A stretch of 64,000 bases of DNA from NCBI GenBank assembly GCA_015680685.1, contig MNCI01003226.1:62001-126000 (forward strand), written 5' to 3'. Positions within the stretch are counted from its first letter, which is position 1, and each line of letters starts with the position of its first letter. A program made the translations under genes and the position numbers. The notes beneath the pieces were generated by a model. That model was not told the origin of the DNA, searched no databases, and saw nothing but the letters and a program-made list of their open reading frames with translations. This document shows positions 52,368 to 64,000 of this stretch, one piece after another. The stretch is from Gnetum montanum. Taxonomy: Eukaryota > Plantae > Gnetophyta.

Positions 52368-52552
52368 TCGTGGTATCAGTTTACCATCATGATTCCAGGA
52401 CGAGCTGTGGTATCAGTTTATCGTCATGATTCCAGGACGAGCTGTGGTATCAGTTTATCATCATGATTCCAGGACGAGCTGTGGTATTAGTTTATCATCA
52501 TGATTCTAAGATGAGCTGTCGTATCAGTTTATCGTTATGATTCTAGGACAAG
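52368..52552. repeat. 37-bp tandem repeat x5 in the 3' UTR of element E
   Basis: gtggtatcagtttatcgtcatgattccaggacgagct units; degraded variants extend back to ~52140. Confidence 0.9.
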
Positions 52553-52569
52553 CTCATACCTGAGTTCAT

Positions 52570-55500
52570 TCAAACGTAGAACGGTTTCAAGTAAAAATGG
52601 TTGGTCGGATGCGCCAGTTCATTTCCTTCCATGTTGGCTAGTTTAAATGCTCCATTGTCGTATGCTTTGGTGACCAAGTAGGGCCCTTCCCAGTTGGCTG
52701 AGAATTTATCCGTGTGTTCCCGAATGGCTTTGAGTACAAGGTCGCCTTCCTTGATAGGATGCTTATGAACATCGAGTCGATGGTGTTGTCGTTGTTGCTT
52801 TTGGTACAACTCAATCTGATTGAGTGCATGTGTACGTTCCTCCTCCACCGAGTCCAAGTCAACAATGCGTAAGTTATTGTTTTGACCGTCGTCGAGGAGT
52901 CTAGAAAATGTGATCCTTAAAGACGGTACCTGTAACTCCAAGGGTAAAATAGCTTCTGAACCATAAACAAGACTATATGGCGTTTTACCTGTAGAAGTCC
53001 GGTGCGTAGTACGATAAGCCCATAGTGCGTACACTAACTGTTCGTGCCATCTTTTCTTGCTTTGAGTAAGCATCTTTTTGAGCACTGTGATGAGGATTTT
53101 ATTTGTAGCTTCAGCTTGTCCATTGCTCTGAGGGTAGTATGGAGATGAAAATGAATGTCTGATCCCTAGGCTTTTAGTAAAAGTTCTAGTTTCGGAACTA
53201 CTGAACTGTGGCCCGTTATCAGTGATGATGGTCATTGGAATGCCAAAACGGGTCACAATGTTTTCGAGAACGAAGTTGCATATCTGTTTGGATGTGGTCT
53301 TTCTAAGGGGAATAGCTTTTACCCACTTCGTGAAATACTCTGTCGCGATTATGATGAAGCTATGTCCTGCAGAAGATGGGGGAGTTATCGGCCCAATAGT
53401 GTCTAACCCCCACTTCTAGAAAGGCCAAGTGATTTGTGCCATATGCAACTCATTTGGTGGAACATGTATTAGATTGCTATGTTTTTTATAGATACTGCAC
53501 GTTTTGGCCTTGGAGAAATAGTCATACTCCATGTGTGGCCAATAATTGCCCAGACGCCTTATTTTTGTCGCCATTGCTTTAGGTGCTATATGTCCTCTGC
53601 ATAGTCCATCGTGTACTTGCTCGACGATGGTTTTGCCATCAGTGCTACTAACGCATGTTAACAGTATGCCTTCGTAGGATCGACGACATAACGTGTCTCC
53701 TACCAGTGCATATTGTCGAGAACGTTTTCGTACTGCGTCCTTTTGTGCATTCGTTAGGTGTTGCCGTGTTTTACCGCGTAGAAGGTACTCTTTTATGTCA
53801 TCATACCATTCTACCGTGCGTGTTGTACTAACGGAGGCAATCGGTAATTCATCGGGAGTATCAGTTATGGGTTTAGCACAACTGATTATGGAGCTAGGAA
53901 ACATGTGAAACATGTTGGGCGATATGTTTAGAGCTAACGTGTCGAGTGCATCTGCGATGTTGTTATCATTTCTGGAAACATGTTGCACATTTATACTTTC
54001 GAATCACTTTAGTAAGTGCTTAGCCAAATCACAGTATGGTTGTAAATGTTGCGCTTTGCATGTATAAACGTCTGTGACTTGGTTTAAAACTAGTTGTGAA
54101 TCTCCTCTAACTACAAGTCGCGTGATGTTGGAAGCTAATGCTGCCGTAAGACCCCTAAGGAGACCCTCATACTCTGCTATGTTGTTGGTACAGTGAAAGT
54201 TGAAGCAGTAAGCAAAGGGTTGGATCTCCCCAGAGGGATAGGTGATGACGGTGACAGCACTTCCCCCTCAAGAGATGGATGCTCCATCAAAGTTTAAAAT
54301 GGCTTTGTAATCATCGAGAACTATGTCTATCGCACTAACATTTTCATTTGGAAACTCTGGCTCTATTATTGCTTAATCATGTGTTGGTGATGTAGTTAGT
54401 TGGCTCGCTATGCCTTGACCCTTGACTGATGACTGCGATTTGTAATGTAGGTCGAATTCAGCTATCATGGCTTTCCAACGCGCTATTCTGCTTGACTCGT
54501 AAATGTTACCGGTGATGGCTCTGAGCACATTATCTTTGTAGATTATGTTGATTTGATTATGGAAGAGGTAATGTCACCATTTCTTTAGGGAAAAGACAAG
54601 GGCTAAACATGACCGCTCCACCTCATTGTACTTCTTTTCATGGGCCACTAATGCATGGCTTAAATAGTACACAGGGACTTCAGTTCCATCTTCTTGTTTC
54701 TGACAAAGCATAGACACGATCGATGAATTCGAGGTGGCAAGGTAGATATAGAAGGGTTTATTGTTCTGTGGAGGGTACATTGTCAATAGTTGAACAAGTG
54801 CCATTTTAATGTTATCAAATGCTTCATGGCATTGTGGATTCCATTCAAAATGGATATTCTTTCGTAGCAAATGGTTCATAGGTTTCAACTTGTCTGTCAG
54901 TTTTTCTATGAAATGCCTGATGAACTGTAATCTACCTTGTAGACCCTGAAGTTCAGTAAGGTTTCTTGGTGGTTTTAGATTAATGACAGCTTTAACCTTA
55001 TCTAGATCTACTCGTATTCCTGTTTCTGACACTACAAAACCTAGCATCTTGCCCATTTTTACCTCGAAGATACATTTCTTTGGGTTGAGCCTAAGTTCAT
55101 ATTTTAAGTAACGTTTTAGGACCAAATCTAAGTCTTGGATGTATTGCTCTAGTGTTTTTGATTTAATTGCAATGTCATCCACATAATCATTGAGCGAATG
55201 AAGTATGTAATCGCTAAAAATAAATGTCATTGCCCTTTGATACGTGGCCCCGACGTTCTTGAGACTGAATGGCATCATCGTGTAACAAAAAGTACCCCAT
55301 GGTGTCATAAAAGTAGTCTTGAGCTGATGTTCCGGGTTAATGCGTATCTAATTATATCCTAAAAATCCATCCATGAAAGATAACAAGGCATGTCTAGTAG
55401 TCGAATCAACTAGTTGATCAATGCTAGGCAGGGGGAAATCATCCTTTATGGTTGCAACGTTGAGATCCCGGAAGTCAATGCAGAGGTGGATGCTTCCATT

Positions 55501-56058
55501 CTTCTTTGGGACAATGACCATGTTGGATACCCAGTTAGCATAGTCGACAACCTGTATGAACCCAACCTGATAAAGTTTGGTGATCTCATTGCGAACTGCC
55601 AATGCTACCTCAGGCTTAACCTTTCGTGCTTTTTGTTTCACTGGCCTTAATTTTGGATCGAGTATAATATTGTGTTGTACGATTTGAGGATCTAACCCAG
55701 GCATGTTAGTGTAAGACCAAGCGAATGCTCTTATGTTGTCTCGAAGCACGTATTCTATGTCTTTGGCTAGTTGAGGTTGCAATAGTGTGCTCAATTTTAA
55801 TACCTTAACTTCACCATCAGGCATAGCTATGGGGGTTTCAGTTAAAGGGTCTTTAGTGATGCTATCAGCTTCTATGTCCAGGGATTTTGTCATACCTTCA
55901 TAGCTGTCTAATGTTTGTTGCGTTGAGGCTACAAATGTGTCATCTGTTGATGGACCTAAGTTGATAGAATTTATGTTGATTTCTCTTGTGATCTTTCCGT
56001 ATGGTCCATTGATGTTCAATGGTGTGAATAAATGTTGGTAATCCATCAAGCTTGCTCC
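52570..56058 (-). pseudogene. pol of element E: RT, RNase H, archaeal-type RNase H, integrase (in-frame stops)
   Basis: RT LCIDFRDLN, SFMDGFLGYN, YVDD; RH PVYYLS; aRH FDGAS, NNIAEYE, GDSQLV, HVSRNDNNIADAL; INT ITDNGPQF, YPQSNGQAE, NWEGPY. Confidence 0.93.
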
Positions 56059-56719
56059 TGCCAATAAACAGAGGGCAGAGTGAGCTAGAGGTTGTTACGT
56101 ATTTCTAGGCAACATAAATCATGTGTACGTATGTGGTGGTAGTTTCATGGCAATTTAAGGCCTTACCAGGCCGAATGTGGTAGTTTAAGGCCTTACTGGG
56201 CCGTATGTGGCAGTTTAAGGCCTTATTGGGCTATTTAACTGTTCATTGATGATGTCTAGTTAATGTATGATCTGTACTGAGGAGTTTGCACCAAAATGTT
56301 CAGTGTAGGCAATCGGAATTACTTTGCAAGGGAATATGGTATGTGGTAGTATTCATTATCTCGTTATTTTTGTTCTACATTGGCCCGTACTTTGTACTTT
56401 GCTTAATTTTGATTAAATTGAATAAAATATTCAAGGCAACAGCAGTGGTGGTAGGGTCAACGCGACGGTATATATAATGCAAGGCGTGAGCGTGAACCTG
56501 TCAGTCAACAAAGGCAGCATGAACCTGAGCTAAATCGTAGCATGAGCGTAAACCCAAGTCGCAGTGTGAACATACATTTCAGGTGACAGTTTTAGCGTGA
56601 ATGTGGACTTTAGGCAAAAGTTTCAGCGTGAACCTCGGAATCACGACGTCAGTGTGAAGGAACAGTCATCTTTGGCGTGTAGGGTTCAACACAGCATACA
56701 AGATAAAACTCGAGCATGA

Positions 56720-56860
56720 ATTCTAGCATGCAGAAATTAGCGCGGCGTATAGGACCAAACCCCAGTGTGCAGAATTTAGCTTGGCATATAGGACCAAACC
56801 CCAGCATGCAGAATTCAGCTCGGCATATAGGACCAAACCCCAGTGTGCAAGGTTCAGTTC
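56720..56860. repeat. 42-bp tandem repeat, ~3 copies
   Basis: ggcatataggaccaaaccccag..tgcagaatt.agc units. Confidence 0.85.
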
Positions 56861-57108
56861 GACGTATAGCGATGGGTAAGGGAAAGGAAGTAGAATGCTG
56901 GGGGAGGAAGGAGCCCAGCTTGACCTTCACGGAGGAAAGTGAGGGCATGCTTCAGTGTTTACCTAGGCCTAGGATTCCATCGTGGCCTGGATCGGTGTGC
57001 AGGTAGACTTTAATCTTGCCTCAGTTAATTGCTTTCTTTTGTATTTGCTATCTGGGAGTATAGGATTTGCGCGAGGTCTCTGGTTGTATGTTTTAGCGTA
57101 CTGGGACA

Positions 57109-57405
57109 ACGTTGAGCGTAAACGATTTTTGTAGTGTGCAGGGTCTGCACGCTGAGCATAAATAGTTTTCCAACGTGCAGGGTCTACATGCTGAGGTTAA
57201 ACGATTTTCTAGCGTGCAGGGTCTGCACGCTGAGCGTAAACAGTTTTCCAACGTGCAGGGTTTGCACGCTGAGCGTAAACGGTTTTTCAGCATGCAGGGT
57301 CTGCACGTTGAGCATAAACAGTTTTTTCAACATGCAGGGTCTGCACGCTGAGTGTAAATAGTTTTTCAGCGTGCAGGGTCTACACATTGAGCGTAAACAG
57401 TTTGC
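57109..57405. repeat. ~39-bp tandem repeat, ~7.5 copies, with palindromic core ACGCTGAGCGT
   Basis: Units acgctgagcgtaaacagttttccaacgtgcagggtctgc at 57109, 57149, 57188, 57227, 57266, 57305, 57345 and 57384. Confidence 0.92.
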
Positions 57406-57711
57406 AAATTTTTTCGAAGTATTGGCCCCAAATGTGGAACTTCATTTCATTATTTCATTTTCGTGTATAACTGATTTACCATGGCATTCTAGGTATTTGC
57501 AGGGATCCTAAGCCTTTCCTCTTAGTGGTTGAGCTGGTTGGGGTTCTGGCCTGGTTTGGACCCATTGATTTTGATGAACTTGCCCCTGATATGACTATTG
57601 ATAACAATGGGGTATGGTTTAGGGAAGGGACCTGTGAGTTCCTTGGCTTCATTTTAGAAAGATTCAAAGTAGTAATATGGTCCCATTGAAGCGAACAATT
57701 AGCGCGAAGCC

Positions 57712-60700
57712 ATGCTTGAGACAATGTTGCCAGGATCTTCAAGCGGCGTTATGGCTTTCATGGTGGACATTGATGAGGGACCGCTTGCGATTGAGGACGG
57801 TCCCTCTGGAGGGCCCAGATCTACCCGTCCGTTATCACGTGTATGGGACTTATTGCCACGTGGCCCTCACTATCTCAATAGCACCTTATTTTTGGCCACT
57901 CGTGCGCATACATTATTTTAGAATCCTCCGGGCACGGTGTACAAGGTGGAGAGGTAAGGTTGTTTAATTTGTTGTTTCTATTCTACTGTTTAATGTTTGC
58001 TCCTGTTTTGATGACCGTTCTTTTGCAGGCCCCAAGTTGACAAAGATGGAATATGCCTAGGTGACGATGGACTTGCACTGGCTCACACCGCTTTAGAGAC
58101 CTTCATGGTAGGTCCCACTCTTCGTGGAGCTATATTAGCTCAAACTAAGGATGACATTGTTCATTTTCATAAGTGGTATTTCAGGGTGTTTGCGCAATGC
58201 GCGGCTCAGGGGTGGCTGCATTGGGATTGGTCACGTAATGGATCGGTTTTCCCCTATGATACTGATTTGGGTCCTAGCAATATGAATCCCACGACTGAAG
58301 GTAAGTGATGATATTTCTCTGATGCCTTAGTTTGTTCGTTCGGTTGAAATGTTGGTTATACTGGTGCTATGGTTTTACATTGTGCTTACAGTTAACGTCC
58401 CCCCTGGTGGAGACACTATCACGACAAGGCAGACTGAGAGCACCCTGTCCATGAAATTTGGGGAAGTTAGCAAGGCACGGCGATGGTTACGTACCAGTGC
58501 CCCATCGCCTATTATCTGTTGTTTGAATGATGCCGGTCTCATGGAGCTATTCACTACCCCAAGCCCTGATGTCTCTGTAACTGAAATGATTGGAATTGTT
58601 GATTCGTTTGATGACTCTCTCACTTACTACAACACCCGTATCAAGGGTGTCAAAATAGTTTTTCACCTGTCAGCCAAGTTCTTTTCAGACCTCTTTGGTG
58701 TCCCAGCAGATGGTGTGAACGTGGTTTTGAACAGGACGCAGAAGGAGCTCCATGTGGTGTGTGAACTGGAAGACTGGTTGGGCGTTCTCAAGGGCTCTAA
58801 GGGGTTCCCAATGCAGGGAACATCAAAGGTGGTGGAAGTCAATGAACTGTATCCCCTGTTTAGGGCACGGGTGTTTCCTAAATCCCTGTCTTAAGTGAAG
58901 AGTCTTGGGGTGGAAGCCGTGTGCATCATGCGGACCATTTTAGAGACCTGGATGCGTTATAATTGGGCCCAATTTTTGCTGTTGGGTTTCCATGGGGAGA
59001 TAGTGCGGTTGCGTTCAAACGTTGAGGTGTAATCCCATTTTACCTTTGCGTTCTTTGTCGGTTATCTATGTCACCTGGTCGAATTTTTGGTGGTTCGTGT
59101 AGATAACAAATATGTTTTGCAGGATCGTACTCAATTATCTTGCCCATGGATTAACCATCTATTCGAGGTAGATGAGTCTCGAGATGCACCCGAGGGGATC
59201 GATGAATTAGTTTCCGTCACAACAAAGGGGTCATTTGGTGGTTCAATCCATACACATGACAGCGTGGGGTTGGAACTAGACAATGTGTCCTACACTGCTA
59301 AGAGGGCTGATTAGGTGATCAAGGAGACCATCGGGAAAACCAAATCAAAGGTTCAGAAGAACGAACACCCTAGAGAGGTGGCCCCAACTATAGAAGAGCC
59401 AAGGGTGAAACGTATACGATTTAAAATGCCTGCACAAGGTAAGTAAGCTTGATGCACTTGTTTTATTGCCATTATCATTATTTTCGTCTTATTCATTTTT
59501 TTTCTTTTTGATCGTTTACATGAAACTAATGTTGGATCTATGAATGTCTCCAGAGCTGACTCCGAAAGTGAGAAGGCAGGAGCTAGAAACGATTATCAAG
59601 GAGGAGGAAGTCCCAACAGATTTAATTGAGGAGGAAGAGGTCAGCAAAGATCAGGTGGAAGTGACCGAAGAACTGGTGCAAGACACCATGGAGACAGAAC
59701 TGGTCGATGACCGAGATGGCGCTGATGAAATGTTTAATGGCTTCCTCAGGGGAAGAGTAGACCTTGGCGACCCTCCAAACCGAGAAGGAAATAGAGAATC
59801 TAGTATTTTCTTGTTTGATTGTGTTGCCTTGTAAATTTTTTTTCCCATTATTTGGTGTTTTAATTTTATGTTTTTTTTATCGCTTCTAGATGAAGATATT
59901 GAAACTAGGATGGTGCCTACCATGCGGTTAGAAGTGCCTATGATAGTGGTTCCCCTTGAAATGACCATTGGAGCCAATCTATCTCGTACTCATGAACCGT
60001 TTACTTGGACCGAAATGCCAAGAAAAATGGATTTTGTCACCAGTATCATTGACGAGGTGGTCGAATGCATTTAGCAAGCTCACCCTAAAATAGGTACAGA
60101 TGTCTCAAGCGTTTTGCTTCCTTCGATTTTCACATTCTTTTTTTTTCCATGTAAGATTTAATGCCTGTTCTTTTCATGTGGGTAGGGGCTAAACTGAAGT
60201 GGGATCCATCTGAGGCTATTTGTATTGATAGCTTACTTGCACTATTGCCAGAAGTTGAACAAGTATCGAGACAAGTCTATGATGAGGTGGCGGAATATCT
60301 TGTGCATAACACCAAATCACTTTGGACTTGTAGGCGCTCCATTGAATAGCCATGGTTGCAGATCCAGGCAAGGGAAAGAGAGGCTTCTGAGTTATCAGGC
60401 GAACGTGATGATCTCAAATCTCATTATGAGTTTGCCTCGACCAGATTAACTGGCGATCATTCTTGATGAACTTTTTAGATCACTTATACCAGATATTGGA
60501 ACTTGCTGAATCGCCACGTGTCACTGACTTGGGAGCTAGCAGAGCATAAGGCCCAGATAGATTTACTGAACCTCAAGTGTCAGGGTTGGAATACTTTCGC
60601 TTCTAAGGTGTGGAAGTGGGGTCAAGACAAAAAGACCCATAAGTATCATTATAAGAAATCGCTAAAAGAGGTATCTATAGAGAAGCGTGAGCTTGAGATG

Positions 60701-61170
60701 TTCATAGAGGGTCTGGGTCTACGCTCTGCATTTGATACATTTGCCGAGCATACCATAGTTGAGATGGAATTGCCCAAGAGGGTAATTACGACTGCTTCTG
60801 GGGAGGTCTCTGTGGGTGAATTTCCCTTGAAACGTCCCACATGGTCGGTGGTTGACAAAGGGAAGGCCTTAGCGAATGTCGATCTGGGCCTTGATGGGAC
60901 TGACTAGGCTAGTGTCTCCAAGGAAGAAATTCTCCATCGGTTGGAATTCGGTTTAGGGGGGTCTCCTACAGTAAGCTGTTTATTCTTGTGAATTTTGTTC
61001 GTTGAATAACGTTTGGGGATTTTTCTCTTTTCTTTTTGTGTTGATTATTTTCCTTTACCTTTTCATAGGGTCAGGGTGATGACGATGTTCAAGAAGGTGG
61101 CCCGAGTGGAGTGGGGACCCATGGTGCCGGAGAGTCTGAAGGGGATAACCCTCCCGACCCTGTTGTTTAA
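57712..61170 (+). pseudogene. 7-exon accessory gene antisense to element E, ~961 codons, PMD/DUF1985-like core with acidic and coiled-coil C-terminal half; decayed by point stops
   Basis: Exons 57712-57953, 58029-58300, 58392-59438, 59554-59787, 59890-60093, 60186-60970 and 61069-61170 sum to 2886 nt with matching phases at all six junctions. Five donors are GT and one reads GA; all acceptors are AG. The domain call rests only on LSAKFFSDLFGVPADG and RYNWAQFLL. Confidence 0.75.
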
Positions 61171-61774
61171 TTTTCATTTTCAAATTATCATGGCTCATAT
61201 TTTTACATAAATCATAAACTGAATGTTTTGCCTTGGGTTGTACATGAACTGATGAATGGAATCAGTTAACTGTTGTAATTGTCCAACTGTATATGACTAC
61301 ACATATATATATATTTTGAATTTTGAGTTTGTTTGAACATTGACAAACGTAGATTTAAAGTGGAAATCCTTTTTGTTCTTTTGGCTCTTGTTGTTTAAAT
61401 GTAAACACGATGTAGCAATGTAAAATGTTTTGGTTTGTTTTGTTGTTTAAGTGTAATGCACGAAGTAGGAATGCAAGTAGGAATGTAATTATAATCGAAG
61501 GATAATTGTGAAAAGGGAAATGTGAAGAAAAACTATAACTGATAACACGACAATGTAAGCATACATTCGAACAATGAACTTGAATCTACGAGAAAAAAAA
61601 AGTGTAAACGAATGGTCTAGTTTAGGGCCATTTCGGGCCATGTGTAAACAAGAGAAGCTTCAAGTGACACTGGTGGGTTTCTTGGTAGACCGACCATTTC
61701 TGATCGTGGCTAGTTTTATGTCGTTGCGGACATGTGATAGTTTAACGTCATTTTGGACTGTGAATGTTTACTAA

Positions 61775-64000
61775 TTGTTTAGCATCTTTTTTATCTTTTT
61801 TGTTTTCATGGTAGTGTGATGTTTAACGAGGACAATTTGATATTCGGCATCTCCTTCATTGATTACATTGAAAGGTAACTCTGACTAGGAGACATCTAAT
61901 ATAGCGAGTTTTGAGTCAATACTTTCGGACACTTCTGTTTTAGATGTTATTTATGTGGTTTCTAAGGAATCACCCTCGATGTGCTGGTCATCCTTTCAGG
62001 TGTTGTTTGTTTTTTTCGTCACAGGTTTTTCGAGTTTATGTTCGTATTGTGGGTCGCGTAGTTCGGGCTCTTCAAATTTAACTTCGGAGCCTAGGTTTGC
62101 TTCCGTGTGAGATGAGATAGTGGAAGTAGCGGTATCTCCATGGATAATGATCTCACCCCCTTCATATGGTATGTGAATTTCTTAATGGATGGGGCAAGAC
62201 ACCACTTTTAATTTGGCTAACCAGGGTCGCCCCAAGATTAAGTTGAAGCCAGGCATCTCATTGATAACCACAAAGTCAGCGGAGGTGGGGAACCGATCCC
62301 TTGCTATGAAGTCCAAGGTTAGTGTACCCTTGACCACTACTCGTGACCCATTAAAAGACTTTAGACAGGTTGTAGCCATTAGCTTGATTAAGTCTACAAG
62401 GCCCAATTGTTCGATAACAAGGTAAGGTACCACATTTGTGGCTGCTCCATCATCTACATGTACCCGATGTATCTTGAATTGATTGACTTGTATGGTTATG
62501 AACATGGGTTCATGAGTGACGTCTCCTGTTATCTCATTTATTTTAATGTTTTTAGGGTGGAAGTTTAATGATTTGGGTTTGGATTCTTGGTGTTTAGACA
62601 TGACCGCATATATAGAGGGCTCATCCGTAGGTAGGTTCTCGCTAACAGGGATCGACGTCAACATTTGTACCAGGGCTTCACGATGAACTGATGAGGTCAA
62701 GACAAGGTCATATAAGCTTAATGACGTGTTCTTTTGTTTAAGGGCCTGGGTGACCTGAGTTAAGGCATTAGCTAAGTCTTTGCCATTGGGTGCATTCTTG
62801 TCCAAAGCCACTTGATCCATTGGACCTAATAGCCGTATCTCGCGCAGGGTGGCTTTCGTGTTGCTTTTGGTGACTGTTGGTGTTGACATGGGTTGTGCTC
62901 TCGATTCTTCCCTTTTGCAACACGTGTTTGGTTCATTGTTGGTGGGAGTCATAGGCACTGCGCTTAATGGGGTTGGATTTGGAGGCCCCGGTGCCAATCG
63001 TTGTTCCTTTGCCGAATGTTCCTTCTCTAAACGTTCCCTTATGAGCCTGTCTACCAGGCATTCTCATGTGGGTTGCATGGAAGCATGTGGAGTTGGAACA
63101 CGGGGTTGTTTCGGGACTTGAATGACAAATGGGGCGGGGTGGGTCACCGTTGTTGCCTCTACTATAGCGACCGCTGTTGGCACCTGGACCACAAAGGGGG
63201 TAAGCCGGTTCGACGATGTCATACCAGCAGTTGTATTAGTAGGAGGCAGCCTAATGACAAATAATTTAGTTTGGGGCGGTACTTGCGTTGTTGCCACAGT
63301 GGGAGGCACTTGAATGACAAAAGGTTTGCATGAGGTAGGAGGACCGCATGAGGGATATATAGTTTGTGATGATGTTTGCGGGGTGGAGGGAACATGAATC
63401 ATGAAAGGCTTCCTGGGCGTTTCACTGCTATTGTCTGCATAAACAGTGTTGATCGTGTAGGGCGCTTCTTTGGTGTTCAGGGGATCTTTATATATGTCCA
63501 TGGACTAGTTTTGCGGTTTGATTGGGTTAGCCTTGTCAAATGTGATCTCGCTTGCATCGATCATTTGTTGAATATCTTGCTTCAAAGTGAAGCAATAGTT
63601 TGTGCCATGTCCATTTTGTTGATCGTACTCACATAAATGGTCTACCCTGAAGCCTCTTGGAACTGGGGGCTCATCCGGGGTTGCCAAGCCCGGGTTGTCG
63701 ACCAATTGGCAAAATCGATCATGTCTCTGAATTGCCGCAGGGGACAACTGCTTATGCTTCATCAGCCTAGCCTTCAGTAGTTGGTCGAATAGTTGTGAAG
63801 GTTTCATGGTCAGTGGTGTGTACTGAGAGGGGTCTCTCCTCTCAAAATTTCATGCTTGGCTTGGTGTGGCGTCTTGGGATGTGGATGGCTCGAGTGTAGC
63901 ATTAGGGGGATGTTTACTATAGCCGGCGGGGGTAGTAGGTGGTTTACCTTATTGCTGGGCAGTTGTTTGTTGAGTGTCTGCTAATGCTGCCACTATTGGT
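61775..64000 (-). pseudogene. gag C-terminus and protease of element E
   Basis: CEYDQQNGHGTNYCFTLK knuckle, LSLYDLVLTSSVHREAL (Ogre-type), VHVDDGAATNV protease site and FNLILGRPWL. Lower boundary is approximate. Confidence 0.85.

Larger units (their letters stand above)
49667..64000 (-). mobile_element. Ogre/Tat-like Ty3/gypsy element E (3' LTR ~49667-51168; continues past the window end)
   Basis: Minus-strand domain order gag-CCHC, PR, [~6 kb], RT, RH, aRH, INT, tandem-repeat 3' UTR, PPT (51169-51183), LTR beginning TGAAACACC. The distal LTR end was estimated from similarity to 6820-6904. Confidence 0.9.

Overview
Land-plant nuclear DNA (AT-rich background, GT-AG introns, plant cytosolic tRNA-Ala genes); the species cannot be fixed from the sequence alone. 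About two thirds of the window is transposon. Host genes: first exon of a DeSI/PPPDE peptidase (-), a 6-exon DFR/CCR-like reductase (+), an intronless GC-rich MAPK-like kinase lacking TxY (+), an intronless root-cap/LEA-type secreted protein (+), the last exons of NTRC (-, apparently degenerate) and two tRNA-Ala genes. Transposons: a hAT derivative with an 8-bp TSD, a full-length L1-type LINE with TSD, and two nested stacks. Stack 1 is old LINE > Athila-like A > Athila-like B > solo LTR. Stack 2 is copia > Athila-like D > Ogre/Tat-like E. The best candidate for an undescribed system is in element E: a 7-exon, ~961-codon antisense gene with PMD-like motifs lies in the ~6-kb gap between protease and RT, and its upstream tandem array shares a palindromic motif with the element's LTR. 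The Athila-like family shows a parallel LTR-like internal promoter upstream of its env-like ORF. Also notable is a fold-back plus 9 x 73-bp array built from the antisense 3' end of tRNA-Ala(UGC). All calls were made by eye without database searches; coordinates of degraded parts are approximate.
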